This document shows, piece after piece, positions 20,458 to 35,010 of a DNA stretch of 55,660 bases. This DNA is from Phoronis australis. Taxonomy: Eukaryota; Animalia; Phoronida. The notes under the pieces were generated by a model. That model was not told the origin of the DNA. It saw nothing but the letters and a program-made list of their open reading frames with translations, and made no database searches. Both the position numbers and the translations under genes were made by a program. The first letter of the stretch is position 1. Each line of letters starts with the position of its first letter. The stretch is from contig NMRA01000062.1 of assembly GCA_002633005.1 (NCBI GenBank), positions 1,161,991-1,217,650 of the forward strand. Reading direction: 5' to 3'.

Positions 20458-23400
20458 TTTTAGTTTAGGAAAATGTCATTAATCAAAGAGGAGCTCACAA
20501 CGAGGATGAAATGACAGAAAAATATTGCATCTGTCAGTTCATTAAGACACATATACGCGTTAGTTGAGTCCCTATGCTACCGGCCGCTGAATTATCTGAC
20601 GATTTACATTGATCGCTTTCTCGTGTCCTAGTTTTGACATCATTTCACGGATTTTTTAAGCTTGGTACAGGCCGTCTGTAACTTTCAGAGTTAAAATGGA
20701 CCTCAAAAGAAGTGTGCCACACTATGTCAAACTTGGATAAACATCATGCAAGAATTATTTTGCAGTTTATTTGAATGTTTGTTACAATACTGTAAGGATT
20801 ATGGCGAACTTTGTAACAACTTACTGCGCTTAATCGTTAATTGTTGATTTATTTTCGGGTTTTTTTGCATTAAGCATGCGCGCACCCAGCCTTCAGTGTG
20901 GGGGGCTCGAATTTCTGTCGATGTGGACCTTTTGCCGACAAAATATCGGCAGGACTAAAAAAGAAGAAAACGGTGTACTACTTTCAAAACTGTACTTTGT
21001 GCGTCTGCGTCTTTTAGTGGACTTTTGCCTCGTTTTCTCGGAGTTTTTGTTTCTCTGAGGCGAACCTTTTTGCCCACTTCGCCAAATTGGGGTGCTCGTT
21101 CGAGTTCCCCGATCCCCCTGGGTGAGCGCATGATTAGTTGTCGCATTTTCGACAACGTGGATGGAGCAACGCCTGTCAAAATTTTGTCAAGATTTAGTCA
21201 GAATTAGTATCTAGTATCGAATAAAAATATAAGGATACGTAGTCGCGTTTTTTGCGCTGAATCTTTGTCGACCTTCAACGTTGTGTAGTTTATTTCGAAC
21301 ACGGCTGTACGCGAATCCGATTGAGTCAATACGAGGGCTACACGGCAACATGTGGCATCCTTGGCTTGAGACATTCGTGACTTACTGATGACCTGAGTCC
21401 GACAATGGTACCCGTTGGTAGGCATGTACACGAGTACACGCATACATGTACGTACATGTACATGCTTTTGGTGAGGGCTCAGACAGCTGAGAGGGAGGTG
21501 TGCCATTACAATGCAATGCCATACATATCGCACTCCTTACATACTATCAACCCGCGGGCAGGCTGATATATGCTGATGTGGCTGAACAATGATTTCAAAA
21601 GATACGTACTACTGATTGCATCCTTTTTGCCATATCAGATGAGGATCATGTTTTATGAGACGTGATAGTAGTGTGCCTTGTGTGCGATTCAAAAACGTCA
21701 ACGCCCTAAATAATTCAGAGGCACTGAACCTTTCAGTGGACATCACTATAAACGCTCGCACAATACTGGTTTTAGAATTCCTATTAATCACGTTTTTGTT
21801 AGAAGTCTGTTGTGATATTGCCCATGCCACTACCGAGGCCGTGCTCGAGGTACACGACGAAAAACAAGATCCATGCATCGTTTTCATTTTGGTTCCAGTA
21901 AATACTATCGAAACTTTTAATTCAGAGTTTGACTGTACTGTACACGCATCGTTTTGCACTTAATGATATCAATATAGCGCAGGCACAAACTGCTCACTAA
22001 AAACGCGTTCGAGTGAGCAATTTTAGGATCAAAGCCGCACCATAAGCTCATAGGCGATGGATGCGGGGCTCAGACCCGCAACCCTTGTTGAGAACCGGTG
22101 GAAAATGCGCGATGAATCGCTTTGCAGCTTGTCGAAACGGGAAGTGGTCCACAGGGGAATCACAAAATCACAACTGGCGTGGCGGCAGTGGACAAGGGAG
22201 TAACTTGCGTCAAGGCGAGTGGCGCGTTCACGTTTTCCGCTCCCTTCCCTAAAAATGATCCACCTTCAACGGTTATGTAGCTTAAATATTGGTTTGCTTC
22301 GCATATGTGCCAATTTGCGCTAAAAGTCATTGGAAGTCAATCCACTAGTACTCTGACAATTTTCTCTGAACTCATTACTCGGCCTGTAGAATGTTGAATT
22401 GAGCATGCTGGCATCGTTTAAATACATGTACTATTGGAAAAGTGCTGGATCGTGGCATTCAAAAACATCTGCATTAGACCTATGTAAGCTAACGAAACGA
22501 AGTCCATCAAGTTTTAAGTTTGAACGCATATGTTTGGGAAGGGAACAGAACATCTTTTGTACATGTCTTGCACTTGTGATTGTAAAAATATACAACTGTG
22601 GCTAACTTTAGATCGTATTCATACAAAACTTCCAGATATTATTCTCCATGGACGATGTTCCAAAATCCTTTTAGAAATTGTTGTTAAAATATTCCAAATT
22701 TCCATGAGGGGTTAACAAAAATCGGGATGTTATGTTTTTTTAAAGAAACTCAAACTGTTCTCACAGGAATATCCCGGCGCACTCAGACTCAGAGAATCAC
22801 GTTACTTGCTGTTATGATTGAACCTCGCATATGCGCAGATGTGAAACACCTCCGGGAGATAATTCCAAGCTACCCGAATTGCTCCGAATGGACGAAGAAA
22901 TGCTCATTCTGCAGCAGGAATATGACTTTCGACTTCAAAATTTCTAATAATAGTGATTTACGCTTAGTTAAATGATTTGGAAATGTCATGTTCGTGGAGT
23001 AGTTAAGTTTATCGTCGCACAAGACTAAAAATAACACTTATGTGCCGTGAATATCGACACATATTGTTGCCCGGGTGACAGGTGCTGTCGATGTTTATGG
23101 CAGATATTGTCGCCCTTGGCATGTATTTTCGGTCTAACGTCAATATGTACTGAGTGCGGTTTATGACCATAAAGGTTTTATTCTCTTGATTTGTGTGGCT
23201 TAAACGCACACTAAACCACCACTTAACAAAATTAACAACTAAAACCTTGTAAAAATCACTTACATGTTAACTTTGCAACTGCCTGTTTCTTTGAAACTTC
23301 ATCAACCATAAAAAGATTCGAGTAAGTTGGAAAATTCCTTGCAAATTCCGGTAAGTTTGACTAACCCTTCGCAGGACATAATGGGCCGCTGTGGAAAAAG

Positions 23401-24016
23401 AGTCGATTTTTGGGAACAAGAATTTGTAAGGTATTTTATTTGTGGCCTAGTTGCTTATTTTGTGTAGAGTTGCCGGAGAAACAGCGAGAGCGAGTGGCTA
23501 CGCTTCTTAAACGAACAGCGAAAGAGCAAAAAAGTGGCCTTGGTATAGGGCAACAAGACGCTCGACAGAGGTCGCAGCCGGCTAATATGCACAAAGCCCT
23601 TCGACGGCGCTAGCATAGAAAAGTACGCAGTCCGTGCCGCTAAGAAGGGTGGGTGTTAAAAACGCGCAACTCTTTACGCTCTCGTCAAGTTAAGTGAAAT
23701 GCCTTGAACTAGTCATCCACCTACATGGCCTATTTAGGTTTACTAGTTCAAGTAGGTTTCCATCGCACCCAAAAAATAAGTCGATATTCATTATTAAACA
23801 TTTTCATCATTTTAGCTGTAAAATAAATTGTGAGAAAATGTCAAAAAATCATTATGTGAGATGTGGAGTCAAAACTTGGATCAATGCCAGATTTTTATGA
23901 AAATTATTAACACTTCGTTACCGGAACATTTTTTTTTTATTTCGTAGTCTTTAATGTCACTCTAAGCGCTGTTTCTAGAGTGAACAAACGAGAATTCTAT
24001 ATTAATATTTCAGTGG

Positions 24017-24118
24017 CATACCACTTTTATCAGTTGTTTGTAACACTCCACTAGCATGCCACTATTATCAGTTGTTTCTATCATTGTACGAACATGCCAT
24101 TTTTATCAACTGGTATTA
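24017..24118. repeat. Minisatellite, 38-bp period, about 2.7 copies
   Basis: cat[ag]cca.t.ttatca.. starts at 24017, 24055 and 24093. Confidence 0.7.
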
Positions 24119-27100
24119 GCTTCCCTTATAAGACAAGAGTAGCGTCATGACTTGATAACACTGATGTGGAACATTGCGGAAATCTACCCGGAATTACGTC
24201 TCTGAGCCTTCCTTATGTCAATTTAGTCACTTCAAAAATTTTAATTTTGCCGCTTAAAAGTAGCGTTTGTGCAAACACGCGGTGCAGGCTCTGGGGCCAA
24301 ATATTACACATACGTGTAAGAAGTCAAGTAAGTGTACATATACTGAGATAATCTATTTCGAGTCTGTATACCCAAACATCTACCAAAAAATCAGGCATGT
24401 GTGCTTGTACACACATGTAATGTTTTTTCAGAAAGCCGTAAGGTCCAAGTCTAACCTAAGCCACACCCAGTATAACAGTGTCATTGGGTATAAACATGGT
24501 TCTCTTGATCTTCGTCCGTTTTCACATGACAAGAACCGCATTCAGAAGCACATTCTCACGTTCATGCCACATTAAGGACTTAGACACCTCATGGTTTCCA
24601 AATGTTTTACAGTTAACCAACCGTACGCTCCTCTTCAATCGCAAGGAATGCACCCAGTATAAAAAGGCTTTCGATTAGTGAAGGGACAATGCCGTAAAGA
24701 AGCATTAAACCTCTGCCCTTTGTAGAGACAAGTTTTGATTTAGTCTGCTTGTCATTATAATATTGGCTTTTTCTTGTTAATTACCCAGATTGAAAGTGAT
24801 ATCTAGCCTGGGGTAGAACTGGTAGTTCGTTAGACATTTTATTTAATTCATGAATTTTCAGGCCTCGTCATGACCTAGAATTCTATGTGTTTGCTCTGAA
24901 GAAACAACTACATAAATAAGTTTTTTCAAGCCCAGAAAACACACCTAGTTTGACTTAAGATCTATTTGAGTTCAATTTCTTAACCGTAAATGGCATATAC
25001 CGGCAAAATCTGTTCTTAGCAGGAAGCACGGTTTAATGCCGTTTTAACTTGGATCAGCTCAATGCATCCATGTCAAAATACATATCTCAAAAGTCCTGTT
25101 CATCAAATCCAGTAGAAAACAAACGAAACTATTATATCTGAGTTCGTCGAAGGTTCGGAGGTTGAATATTGGCAGGCCATTAAGCGTATAGTTGGGAATC
25201 ACTTCAAATTAAACATTTCGGGTAACAAGTTGTAATGAAGCTGGAAAAGTCGTGCGAAAAAAGGAAAAAAATTGTGCACATTTTGTGCGATGTGTCTGCG
25301 AACGTCTCAGTAGTTTTATTATGACGCATCCTAGTAATCGACCCAGATTTTTTAAATATTTGATTAAAATAAGTGTTTAAACAGATATGATGGAAGTCAG
25401 GGCTCGCATAAGAAGTTAGTCACGCACTTTAAACCAAAACAAAAAACCATTCCGTGCCAAACGTATACATACAAGAAACCTAACAACAAGGTTGTCAAAA
25501 CTGCACAGAAATCATACGATGATTAATGGTTTTAACCTCTTCACAATTGTAAAGGTAGCGTAATTGTGTAGATAAAAGTAAACATTGGAATCGACGTAAA
25601 ACACCTCACTTATCATACTACAAATAATAACTACAGAAGCCACATTCATTTTAAAAAAGGTCAAGTACAGATCAAGCTTGATAATACATCTCTGATGTGC
25701 TGTCTTTCAAGAGGTTGTTGTTAAACTGCTTGATATACGATTAACCATCAACATATTTTATACTTCTGCACTTTTATTTTGTGAGATCAAAATATTATCC
25801 CGAAAACAATGTCAAATGATCAGTTTATTTTCGTTGAAAACAACTTTTGTTTTTTCAAGAGAATAATTATAGAAGTCCTAGTGTTAATAGCCCGTCATGA
25901 AAAATAAATAAAATTCAAGGTAGCTGCTGTCGCTGACGTTCCTGGTGTTCCTTGTTTTTATCATTTACAACACCAAGGCCAGAGTTTCGGATTGTCCTGC
26001 TGAACACATACATGTGTCTGTTACTATAACTTAATGGGAATTAGGGACTAAAACCAGAGGTATACATTCACTTTTCGGGTGGGTTATTTGAATCTGAAGG
26101 ATGCATGGCAGTGTGGTGGTGCTTGAATGGTTGGCGCCTTGAGAAAGGACGCTGATCACAATTCCGTACATCCCATTACAATAACTAGCTTCGGGCATGA
26201 TTTTATCGTATACTCTTGCGCGCATGAGCAAAATTTTCATCATTGTCCTTGTCAATACTTTCCATTCTCAAGCAGGTTTGTTCAGTATTATATTTTGCTT
26301 GAGACATTCATTTATTAAAAGCAAACAGACATTTTTTTGTCCTGCGTCAGTGGCGCTAACATAGTGCGTCACCTTCCAAACGCTTGTCACTCCCTCTCTG
26401 TTTTGAGAGTGGACAACGTTCTCCATGTTACTCATAATGCAAAACAAAACAGCGTCTCCTGTTATGCTTTACCCCAGTTACTGTATTGTCGCGATGATGA
26501 AATCGTTGGTAGTTTTTAGTCTCCAGCGGCGGTGAAACGAAAGGCATGTGAAGAGGCTTTGCCGCGACTTTCACGAAAGCAGTACTTAAAATATTAAGTG
26601 CCTCCGTTGAAGTGCCAGTGTTGCAAATCTGGCCTTACCTCTCAGTCCCTAGACAATCGACAAAAGTAAATTTATTTAGGTAATCTCTCTGATTTTGACT
26701 TCACGTTTACCGAGCCAAATTTAGAAATTAGTTCGGGTCATGTGGTCATTGTTAATCTTAGACTTTGACTTGTTCTCAAATTGTTACCCAACTGGCTTTT
26801 GGAATTTCTTCCGCGCGATAACCCATTAAGACTGAATGGATCGTTGAGAATTTTCACATCTAAAAAGGATCTGCGGTAGCCTTAAATTTTTACGAGGTGT
26901 ATAAAGCAAACAAGCACTCGTGTCTTTGTGTTTTTCATTGTGCCATTTTCATCCTTGCAGTTGCAAATACAATTCGAAAACGTAATAAACCTAACAGTAA
27001 AAGGGTTACATTTTCGTTAGCAACTCGAGTCACACGCAATGCGTACATGCATTAATTTTGAATTCACGATTTTTGAAGTAGCCAACTCCAATAAAGTATG

Positions 27101-28639
27101 AAGTGTTTTTAAGTCGCTGATGGTTTCGATGCTCTTGTTGGTAACGAAAATAAAATCTTCTCATAGTAAAGAATATTTTGATTCCGATCTTTGAGAGTAA
27201 AAGACCTAACTTCATGTTCGTTCTTTAGCCATCTAACCATGACGTCATGCAGCTAAACGAAGTTCGTGAAGATGTCAAAAGAAATTTGAACTTTAATCTT
27301 GGCGTTATATTTTACCACAATTGAGAAGTTTTTTTTGATAAGACAGGAGGGAATCGTTAAAAGTTGAAATGGACTATCGACTGACTATAAACAAAGGAAT
27401 ATTTACGCAAGTAGGTTACATGTAGCTGAAACGTCCGTTGTGTCGGAATGCAGTAGACCTACCGGTTTGACATTGAACGGAATTCTAAGGATTTTTACAC
27501 TGCGTGATCTTTCGACTCATCTGGAACACCAGCCTCAAATCACCCCTAGGGGGCGTTTTATATCCACGCGTGTCGTATTACATGTACCTTTCCCGTGAAT
27601 GAGATTGCGCAGGTCGCCACTGGCTGGTGATAATACCTTTCAGTGGGATTGGATGACCGACTTTGCACCTGGTCTGGTCAACTGTTAGTCTTGAACGAAC
27701 GTACTAATGCATGCCCACTCAAACAAAACATCCCGGCGTAGTGATATACGTTCCAATGTTAGAGCCAGTTTAGGGAACACTAGACTCAAAATGAACCCTG
27801 GAGTGATTTACAGCAAACGTCACACTCGCTGAGTGACCGAATAACTGTTGCAATGACTTGCTCTCACAACAGCTGGCTCACCACTTCCTCGGTAAATGAC
27901 TATCACCGGCTAAATCGTACCGGAGTATTTATGGTCTATTGCAATTTTTTGGAACTTTTTGCCGATTCTTAAAAGGACATTCTAGAGCTTTCTACTCATT
28001 CCGCTACCAATACTGATTGACGTAAACACTTAAGCGCCACACTTTATAAAATACATGTACATGTAGAAGGTGCGAGATACGTGTACGCCCACAGCGGCAA
28101 TTTGCGTATAGCTTAAAACTATTTTAGCTCGGTAATTACACGCGTGTTCTTGTATTGTACTGATTGGCTTGTCATCAAAATAATTACTTAAAGTGGCTGC
28201 TTCAATACGACAAAGTGTACAACGTTTTAACCTGAACTTGGTAGTCATTTTCGACATTTTTCAATTCCTAGAGACAATTCATGCTAAACCACACCCCAAA
28301 ACAGACTTTTAATTTTGGAAAAGTTGCGTGGTCCCGAGCGCGTACGAATTTCAATACAGTTTTTAATCATAAAGTCTATTTAAATTCTACAGTTTCTAAA
28401 AATGAGGTGGATATAGTGTCCTGATACTTGACGAAATTCCACTCCTTCCACTTCAGATGAATTACAAAAAATGGTGAGAGTTGTGGCTTCCTGAAGTAGT
28501 TCATTGATGTATTTGTCTTAGCAGAAACCAAATACGTTGTCCAGATAAGCTGAGGACAGCTTAGCAGTAACTTACGGCTTTCTGATACAGAGTGTGTAAT
28601 GTGTTATCAATCATAGCCTATTATAGGTAGCCTGTTAGA

Positions 28640-29310
28640 GGACACCAAATATGCCCTCTTTAAGTTGACCACAACGGCGCCCGTATACAATGTACCTCTC
28701 AGGGCACTCTCTTTTCGCGTGAAGACAGTAACCTTTATCAATAGGCTCGTGATAAACTGATGTAGACAATTGAAATGGAGAATGGTTCTCATTAACGTTC
28801 AAAATGAGAATTTGGTCATTTACAGGGCGCTCGTGGGTAAACTTCAAAACCGAATGACGCTCAAGTTCATCACGTACTGATAACAAGTCATCCAAGCACA
28901 ATAAGCAAAAATATCATCCACATATCGTACATAGATAGGAATACCACCGATCACATTGCTAGCTCTTTTTTCACTTCAGATATATAAAATTCCGAAAAAG
29001 TGGGACCTAGAGGAGAGCCCATGTTCAAACCATCTTTTGTGAACGACAGTTTGCCATTTATATGGCGAAATGGTTATAGTGCAGATGGCCAGCAACTCTC
29101 TCAGATGTGGGTGATGGTATCAGTAGCGGATTTAGAAGAGGGCCAAGGGGACCATGGAACCCATAAAATTCTCCCAGATTCCATTTGGTAGTTCGGGGGT
29201 GCAAATGTCTGAGAGGCAAATTCCTGGTTAATACTCTGCCGTGTCCCCCCCCCCCCAACTCAAATCCTGGATCCACCCCTGGGTATGCACTATCCAAAAT
29301 GATGACATAC
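28640..29310 (-). mobile_element. Penelope-like retroelement reverse-transcriptase fragment, degenerate, interrupted by a MITE
   Basis: The minus strand, with frameshifts, reads IILDSAYHHP.LRELLAICT / PFRHINGK...DGLNMGSPLGPTFSEFY / IYVRYVDDIF / SVLKFTHE / TSVYHEP / ECPERY, which are PLE RT motifs in the expected order. Confidence 0.8.
29121..29281. mobile_element. 161-bp MITE (TIR CAG[TG][AG]G[CT]GGAT..AG) with 5-bp TSD GGTAT
   Basis: Starts cagtagcggatttag and ends ctggatccacccctg; ggtat at 29116-29120 and 29282-29286. Confidence 0.8.
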
Positions 29311-32300
29311 GAATGGAATGGAATACAGATACATATAATCAACAACGACAAGTGCCGTGGATTTAACTAATTTTGCGTAAAGGAAAACGTACAGCAATAA
29401 TTCTGATTATAAACAATTGCATATCAGCTGGCCTGACCTTTAAGGAATAGTAAAGTGGTATAAGTTAGCTAATCGACACTACTATCCGTCAACTCCTGAC
29501 AGTATGTGAATCTCAGTTGTAACAGCAAGTCATGTGACTTCCAAAAAGTAGAGTGCCGTAGAAACCCTTTGATAACAGGCTTAAAGAAGGGCTAACGTTT
29601 TATAAAGATTCAGATTAAGGATTAAAACAGACGTCTCGTGCTACGACGGTTGAAAGTTGCTAGGTTGAAGCTGTTTTTACCTCAATCTCGACCAAATCAA
29701 TTTGATTTTATGATTGTGGTTTGAACAAAAGCAGATATTAAACACCATCACGAGGACATCTGAGTTTTCGAAAAGTGTTCCGTGTACTTTCGGATCGAGG
29801 CTGGGCTGCAGTCACAAAGGATAGTTTGGGAGTGCATGTACAGTAAGTTAAGTTCTAATGAGCAATCCTTTACATGTTTAGTCCATGGGTCGTAAGTCAA
29901 CAGAAGCCTGCAGAACCATTTCTGTCACCGTTTTGGAGCATTTTGTTTTTCAGATGTTTGATTGCACAAATCATTGTATTTTACGAAAGTCATAAGTCCC
30001 CATTTAGCTAGCACATTGCCACGACATTTGGTTTCAAACTTACCTCGGACTACAAAGTAGACATGAAATAAAGAACGGATAGTATTCCACATGGGGAAAC
30101 GGTGCAAAGAACAATTCCGTGGGCTGCGTTAAGTCATAAAATCCAATTTTTTTCAATTAATATGCAAGTTAAAGTGACATTTTTAAATCTACGAATGCTG
30201 TCGTGTTAAAATCTGGAGCTATCATTACTGACACACGGAACTTGAAAACCAGAATTGTGCTACTGAACAGTCAGTGTCTCTAATTAATGCTATCACGATC
30301 ATGTAAATCTTTCAAAGCCGGTTGGTATCTGGTCCTCTCATACGCAAAACTAGTTAAACACGTGACATTATTTTCTGCTTACAATTTTAATCACTCTTTT
30401 GCACTCGCGGGGTATTATCGATTCTACATAGGTGTAATTGGGGAGCACTTTTTCTTTCAAACAAAATTTATTGAATACACCATGATAATTAAGATTCACT
30501 AACGACTGCACAGTATTCCTAAAATTCCGAGTGCGAAATAAATCTGTGTTTAGCTATTCAAACCGTCTTAAAGTTCTTTGACCGCAATATTGATTTGTTC
30601 ATCACTCTGATGCTCCCTGTCTCGGTGTTCCTCCGAAAAAGACTAACGAAACGTTTTTGAACAAAACAAAGAAGGTTACCGTTGCCTTCAATACAAATGT
30701 ATACGAATATACGCTATTTTATCGACATCATTCTGTCAAGTTTTTATTTCAGAGAAGTTGTTGACTCTTTGTGCTGGCAACATGTGACCAAATATTCGTA
30801 AGCTTTAGAATCCTGTAGTGGTCAACGTGCAATTTCTACTGGAACTAATTCTGCCTTTTTGAAACCTTTCAGAGTGGAGCTTACTTCACAGCTCGAAATG
30901 TAATAAACATATTTGATTGGTTATGGTGCTGGTAACGATGATAGTATTAGTGGCGGTGGTTGAGAGTAAGCTCTACATTGAACTCTCAATGTTTTTGGCT
31001 AAATAGGTACCTTTCATACAACCACCCTAATTTAAGGACTAAGCCCCTTTTTGTTTTCATTGAAATAATGGGTTTGTATTCTAATTCATAATCAGACAAT
31101 AACATAAGTGAAAGAAATTACAGCAAACATTAAATAGATAAAATGATAAAACAGCTACGTGATCATGAAATTGCCATCTATACCAACTATAACAATATAA
31201 CATGTACAAATGAGCTTTGTTCCCAAGTACAAATAAACAATCTCTCTCTCAAACCTACGTGTATAACATTTGTGAGTAAACAAAAACAAAAACGCGCTGC
31301 AGATTTACGGAACTTAGTGAAGTCCCTATTTGAAAATTGTACCATTCTCACCGGTAATTTTTGCAAACACCTGCCATTGCGTGTATTCCATTTTCCCGGA
31401 AATTACTGGCCTGCGGGTCTACTTTGAAGTGACATTTATACGGTTGCACGGTCGATTCCAAAATAAACAGTGTCAACGTGTTTCAGGTAAAAACTAGGTT
31501 TGTTCATAGTTTCTTTCTGACATCAGCTCAGTCAGTTGTTAGATGTCCGGCGTTTTCAAATGTTATGTCGTTTTTAAAGGAATTACAAAGAGTCCAACAG
31601 CCATCAGGACCTGTTTTATGCCCATTTCCGTTTAAATATTTCCATTTTCCTAAAGTTGTCTCGGGTTTGAATTTTGGCATACCAGTAAAGTAGTGAATTT
31701 CCTCGAATTTTCAAACTGGGACTTGCTATCAGCCATTAAAGAGATAACGTCATTGCTCAGTAATTTGACATTAAAACTTGGCAAACAAGGAAATACTTCC
31801 GATAATTGCCAGTTGGAAAAACTGGTTAAGCAACATTGCCAAGCGACTTGGTAAGACGTGTGTGCCCTCTATGAGCCTCGGGTCAATTAATACTTTGATG
31901 ATTGAATGTTTCCAGGGGCCATACGTTGGCCTTGAAATAACTGGAAAACGTGTAGTCACAAATTTCAAGCAAACTTTCACAAAATGGTGGCGATTAAATA
32001 TCGCGGACGACCATGATTCCTCGTTAAGTCATCACCCCAGAGGATTTCATATTCTTTATATCGTTGCCGTAGCGTCATTTTCGATCCTCAATGGGAACTG
32101 AATATTTCCCTAAAAATAGCTACGATAATAAATGGCGAAAAGTTGCCACGACTTAATGCCGCCGGTGCGTGAATATTTGAGATTTGTTTGACATGGAATC
32201 TCCCTTTAAAGCTCTAGTCCGTCTTAAGTGGTAACTTTTCGCGGCCAAGTGATTCTTGGCAACTCTCGGAGACTCCGTCGATGCGGTGGCCGAGAGATAT

Positions 32301-33269
32301 AAATCAAACACAGGTGCTCATTATTGCAATGCAAATGAGAAGCGCACTGTTTTGAGTTCGAAATTTTTTTTGTTTATTGTAAACTCGACGTGCGTGGAAC
32401 TTTTTTATGGGTTTACATTTTTGGCAATAGGAGTTGGTTTGCTGCCAGGCAGACCTATTAAGCATGCTGCCGGTAGTTGCGTTTGCATTTTGATGGCGGT
32501 TTCATGCTAGGGCGATGACAAAAGTACATTTTCTAGGCCTAGAAAGATATTTTACCCCCACTTTATTGCTAGAGAGGGTCCTTGAAGGCAGTTAATGTTG
32601 GATGCGGGAAGTGAAACGTATTCATCATACTTCCAGTTCTAGTAAATCCCATGCTTCGGTGTAAGTAAATGGGTAAATGTTTGAACGATAGGCAAAGAAA
32701 CAAACATGAATAAAAAAAACACCAAAACAACAAAACCGAATCATAATGGTTTTACATTCGGGAGGTATCAATACCTTTTCAAGGTCGTCATTCAGGAATC
32801 GATCCAGAACTGGGGTGTCTAACTCGCAGCCAAACAAAGGTTGACCTTTCAGTGGAAGTTAAGGTAACCTTGAAATCAGGTGAAGCTAAGGTGGTCTCGA
32901 GTTAGCGAATTTGTGTGTATGGTGAATGACACTTAATGACTTACTGTAGTGTTAGTCACAGCTGGTGCACAGCGAACTCAGCCTCCGGTTCAGTAACGCT
33001 AGGACCTCGCTAAAAAGCAAGACTTCAGATTACACGGAGATATTGCCGTGAACTTTGAATAACTACGCGTAACTTTGGCTAGATTTTAGCTAGGTCCTAC
33101 CGTAGGTCATAGCGTTTATGAACGCACACCGGGTCACATGAATAGACGAGAATAGCCAATGACTTTCCGATTTCACCGATGAAGGTACAAAATAGTGTTG
33201 AAAATCCCTGTAATTTGATAGCAGAATAGACGAAAACTTTGTAGCATATAACCTATTACTTAATTCGGC

Positions 33270-33469
33270 ATTTGTTCTTAATTGTTTGAAATAGAACAGA
33301 CCTTTAGATATGGCAGCCTCTGACGTCACCTACCTTTAACGCGGAATTCATTTTGTGAAAAAATGAGGAAGTATTGTTTTTGTTCTTAATTGTCTGAACC
33401 AGAGGAGACCTTCAGATACAGCGGCCTTTGAGGGGATCCATTTTGTGAAATGATGAGGAAGTAGTGTTT
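33270..33469. repeat. Local tandem duplication (~110 bp + ~90 bp)
   Basis: ttgttcttaattgt.tgaa...gacctt.agata...cattttgtgaaa..atgaggaagta.tgttt occurs twice. Confidence 0.7.
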
Positions 33470-33823
33470 CAGTTGAATCAATCTGTGCAGTCGCGCGCGA
33501 CAGGACCAGTTTTAGTTGAAATCATAAAAGCGGGATTTCAATATCCTCCCAACTTGATCGTCGAATTTACTAACTATAAAAAACCGTGTTAACCATAGCT
33601 GCATTTTGCCAATGGAACCGCCTATGTTACCATTGTTCACCAGTAAAATTGTTGATTTTCATACACTGGCTGGTTGATGTCTACTTTTAAGCGATATTCT
33701 CATACTGAACAAGGACATTATAAGGAAAATACAGCGCGACAATATTGGACATTCTGTGTTTTTACTATTTTCTGGCATGTCCTTTTTAACTAGAGATTAT
33801 ACTCAATCACCACAGTGTTATAT

Positions 33824-33976
33824 CAGTGGCGGATCTAGAGGGGGCCAAGAGGGCTATGCCCCCAAAAAATTCTACCTGATTCCATTTGGCAGTTCAGGTG
33901 TGCGAACGTGCAAAATCCTGGCTAATAATCTGCCCTGAACCGCCCCCCTCCAACTCAAAATCCTTGATCCGCCTCG
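33824..33976. mobile_element. Second copy of the 29121 MITE family
   Basis: Starts cagtggcggatctag; shares gattccatttgg.agttc and ccaactcaaa.tcct.gatcc with 29121-29281. Related ends (atccgccactg) lie near 19519, 38922 and 52230. Confidence 0.75.
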
Positions 33977-34920
33977 CTATGTACCTTTTGCACTGTGTTT
34001 TTCTATGCATGGAGTTCACTACCGAACTGTAATTTTAGTTGTTGTGTAGCCAATATGTTAGATAAGGAAGCACTGAAATGTCTGGATACCATGCACTTAC
34101 ATGTACCTTATTTGCCGTACACTGTGTAAATAGTTCGTGTGTCAGTGCAATAGTCGCGACGATGTTGTCTGATACATGTATATTCAACTGCTTACTTAAA
34201 TGTAACTGACCACCATTGTGTCAAGAACCGGAAACTGTTTATTGTTGTGCTCCAATGAATAATACAATACGAACATATAAACACACTGTACGGAACACAT
34301 CTCAAAAGCGTTTTATGCAATGCTTTCTAAAACGTTGCTAGCATTCGCTTTTACCATGTTATATCTTTGCATAAAGAGCCGTTACCCAATGAAAGCCAGA
34401 TTGGTAGAAGTCAAAAAGTGCATTCTACAAGCTTTCTAATTAGAAAAATTATGCCTTTTTCTTGGTTTTAAATTGTAGCCTAAATACAGAAAACACTCTT
34501 TGGTAAGGTCGTACGTACATACATACATTGTAAGTTAAGAAAGACAAGAGCACGTTTCATTGACTCTCAGACAACAATGTTCAAAATGAAAGCCGGATGT
34601 TTCTTCTTGTTGGTGTTTGCATATAATGAACGTATGATTTTTTTAACGAGCCTGCAAGGTTCTAAATCGTCATAAACCTCGTTTATTGGTTTTCAGTGGT
34701 TGATCTACGTTTTCTGTACGAGGGTTCAGGATTCGTTTTGTTTTTGTAGCCAAAAAGTGCAATTTCCATGCATACTGGCGAGTTTGTGGCAGTTAACATG
34801 TCTCTGGAGTTTTTCTTAAGATGATTTTAAACCCACCTCGATTTCGTCATATGATCTCGGCTCATAAGTTCCGTAAAACCATATTAATTTTGTGCACATC
34901 TGGATAGGAGTCACGCAACC

Positions 34921-35010
34921 ACCAAAATTTTAGTTGGAACGCCTGTCTACACACAGATTTTTCAGCATGCGAAAAGTCGTGCACGAAAAAGTGTAGTGTG
35001 TATACAAGGG
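34921..35010. repeat. Small imperfect palindrome (mini-MITE-like)
   Basis: gcctgtctacacacagattttt is mirrored by aaaaagtgtagtgtgtatacaaggg. Confidence 0.45.

Noticed and set aside
21609-21963. Overlapping 116-aa and 102-aa ORFs
   Set aside because: No domain or splice support; consistent with chance.
24017-24118. CRISPR-like regularly spaced repeat
   Set aside because: It is a simple minisatellite with no unique spacers and no cas genes, in a eukaryotic context.
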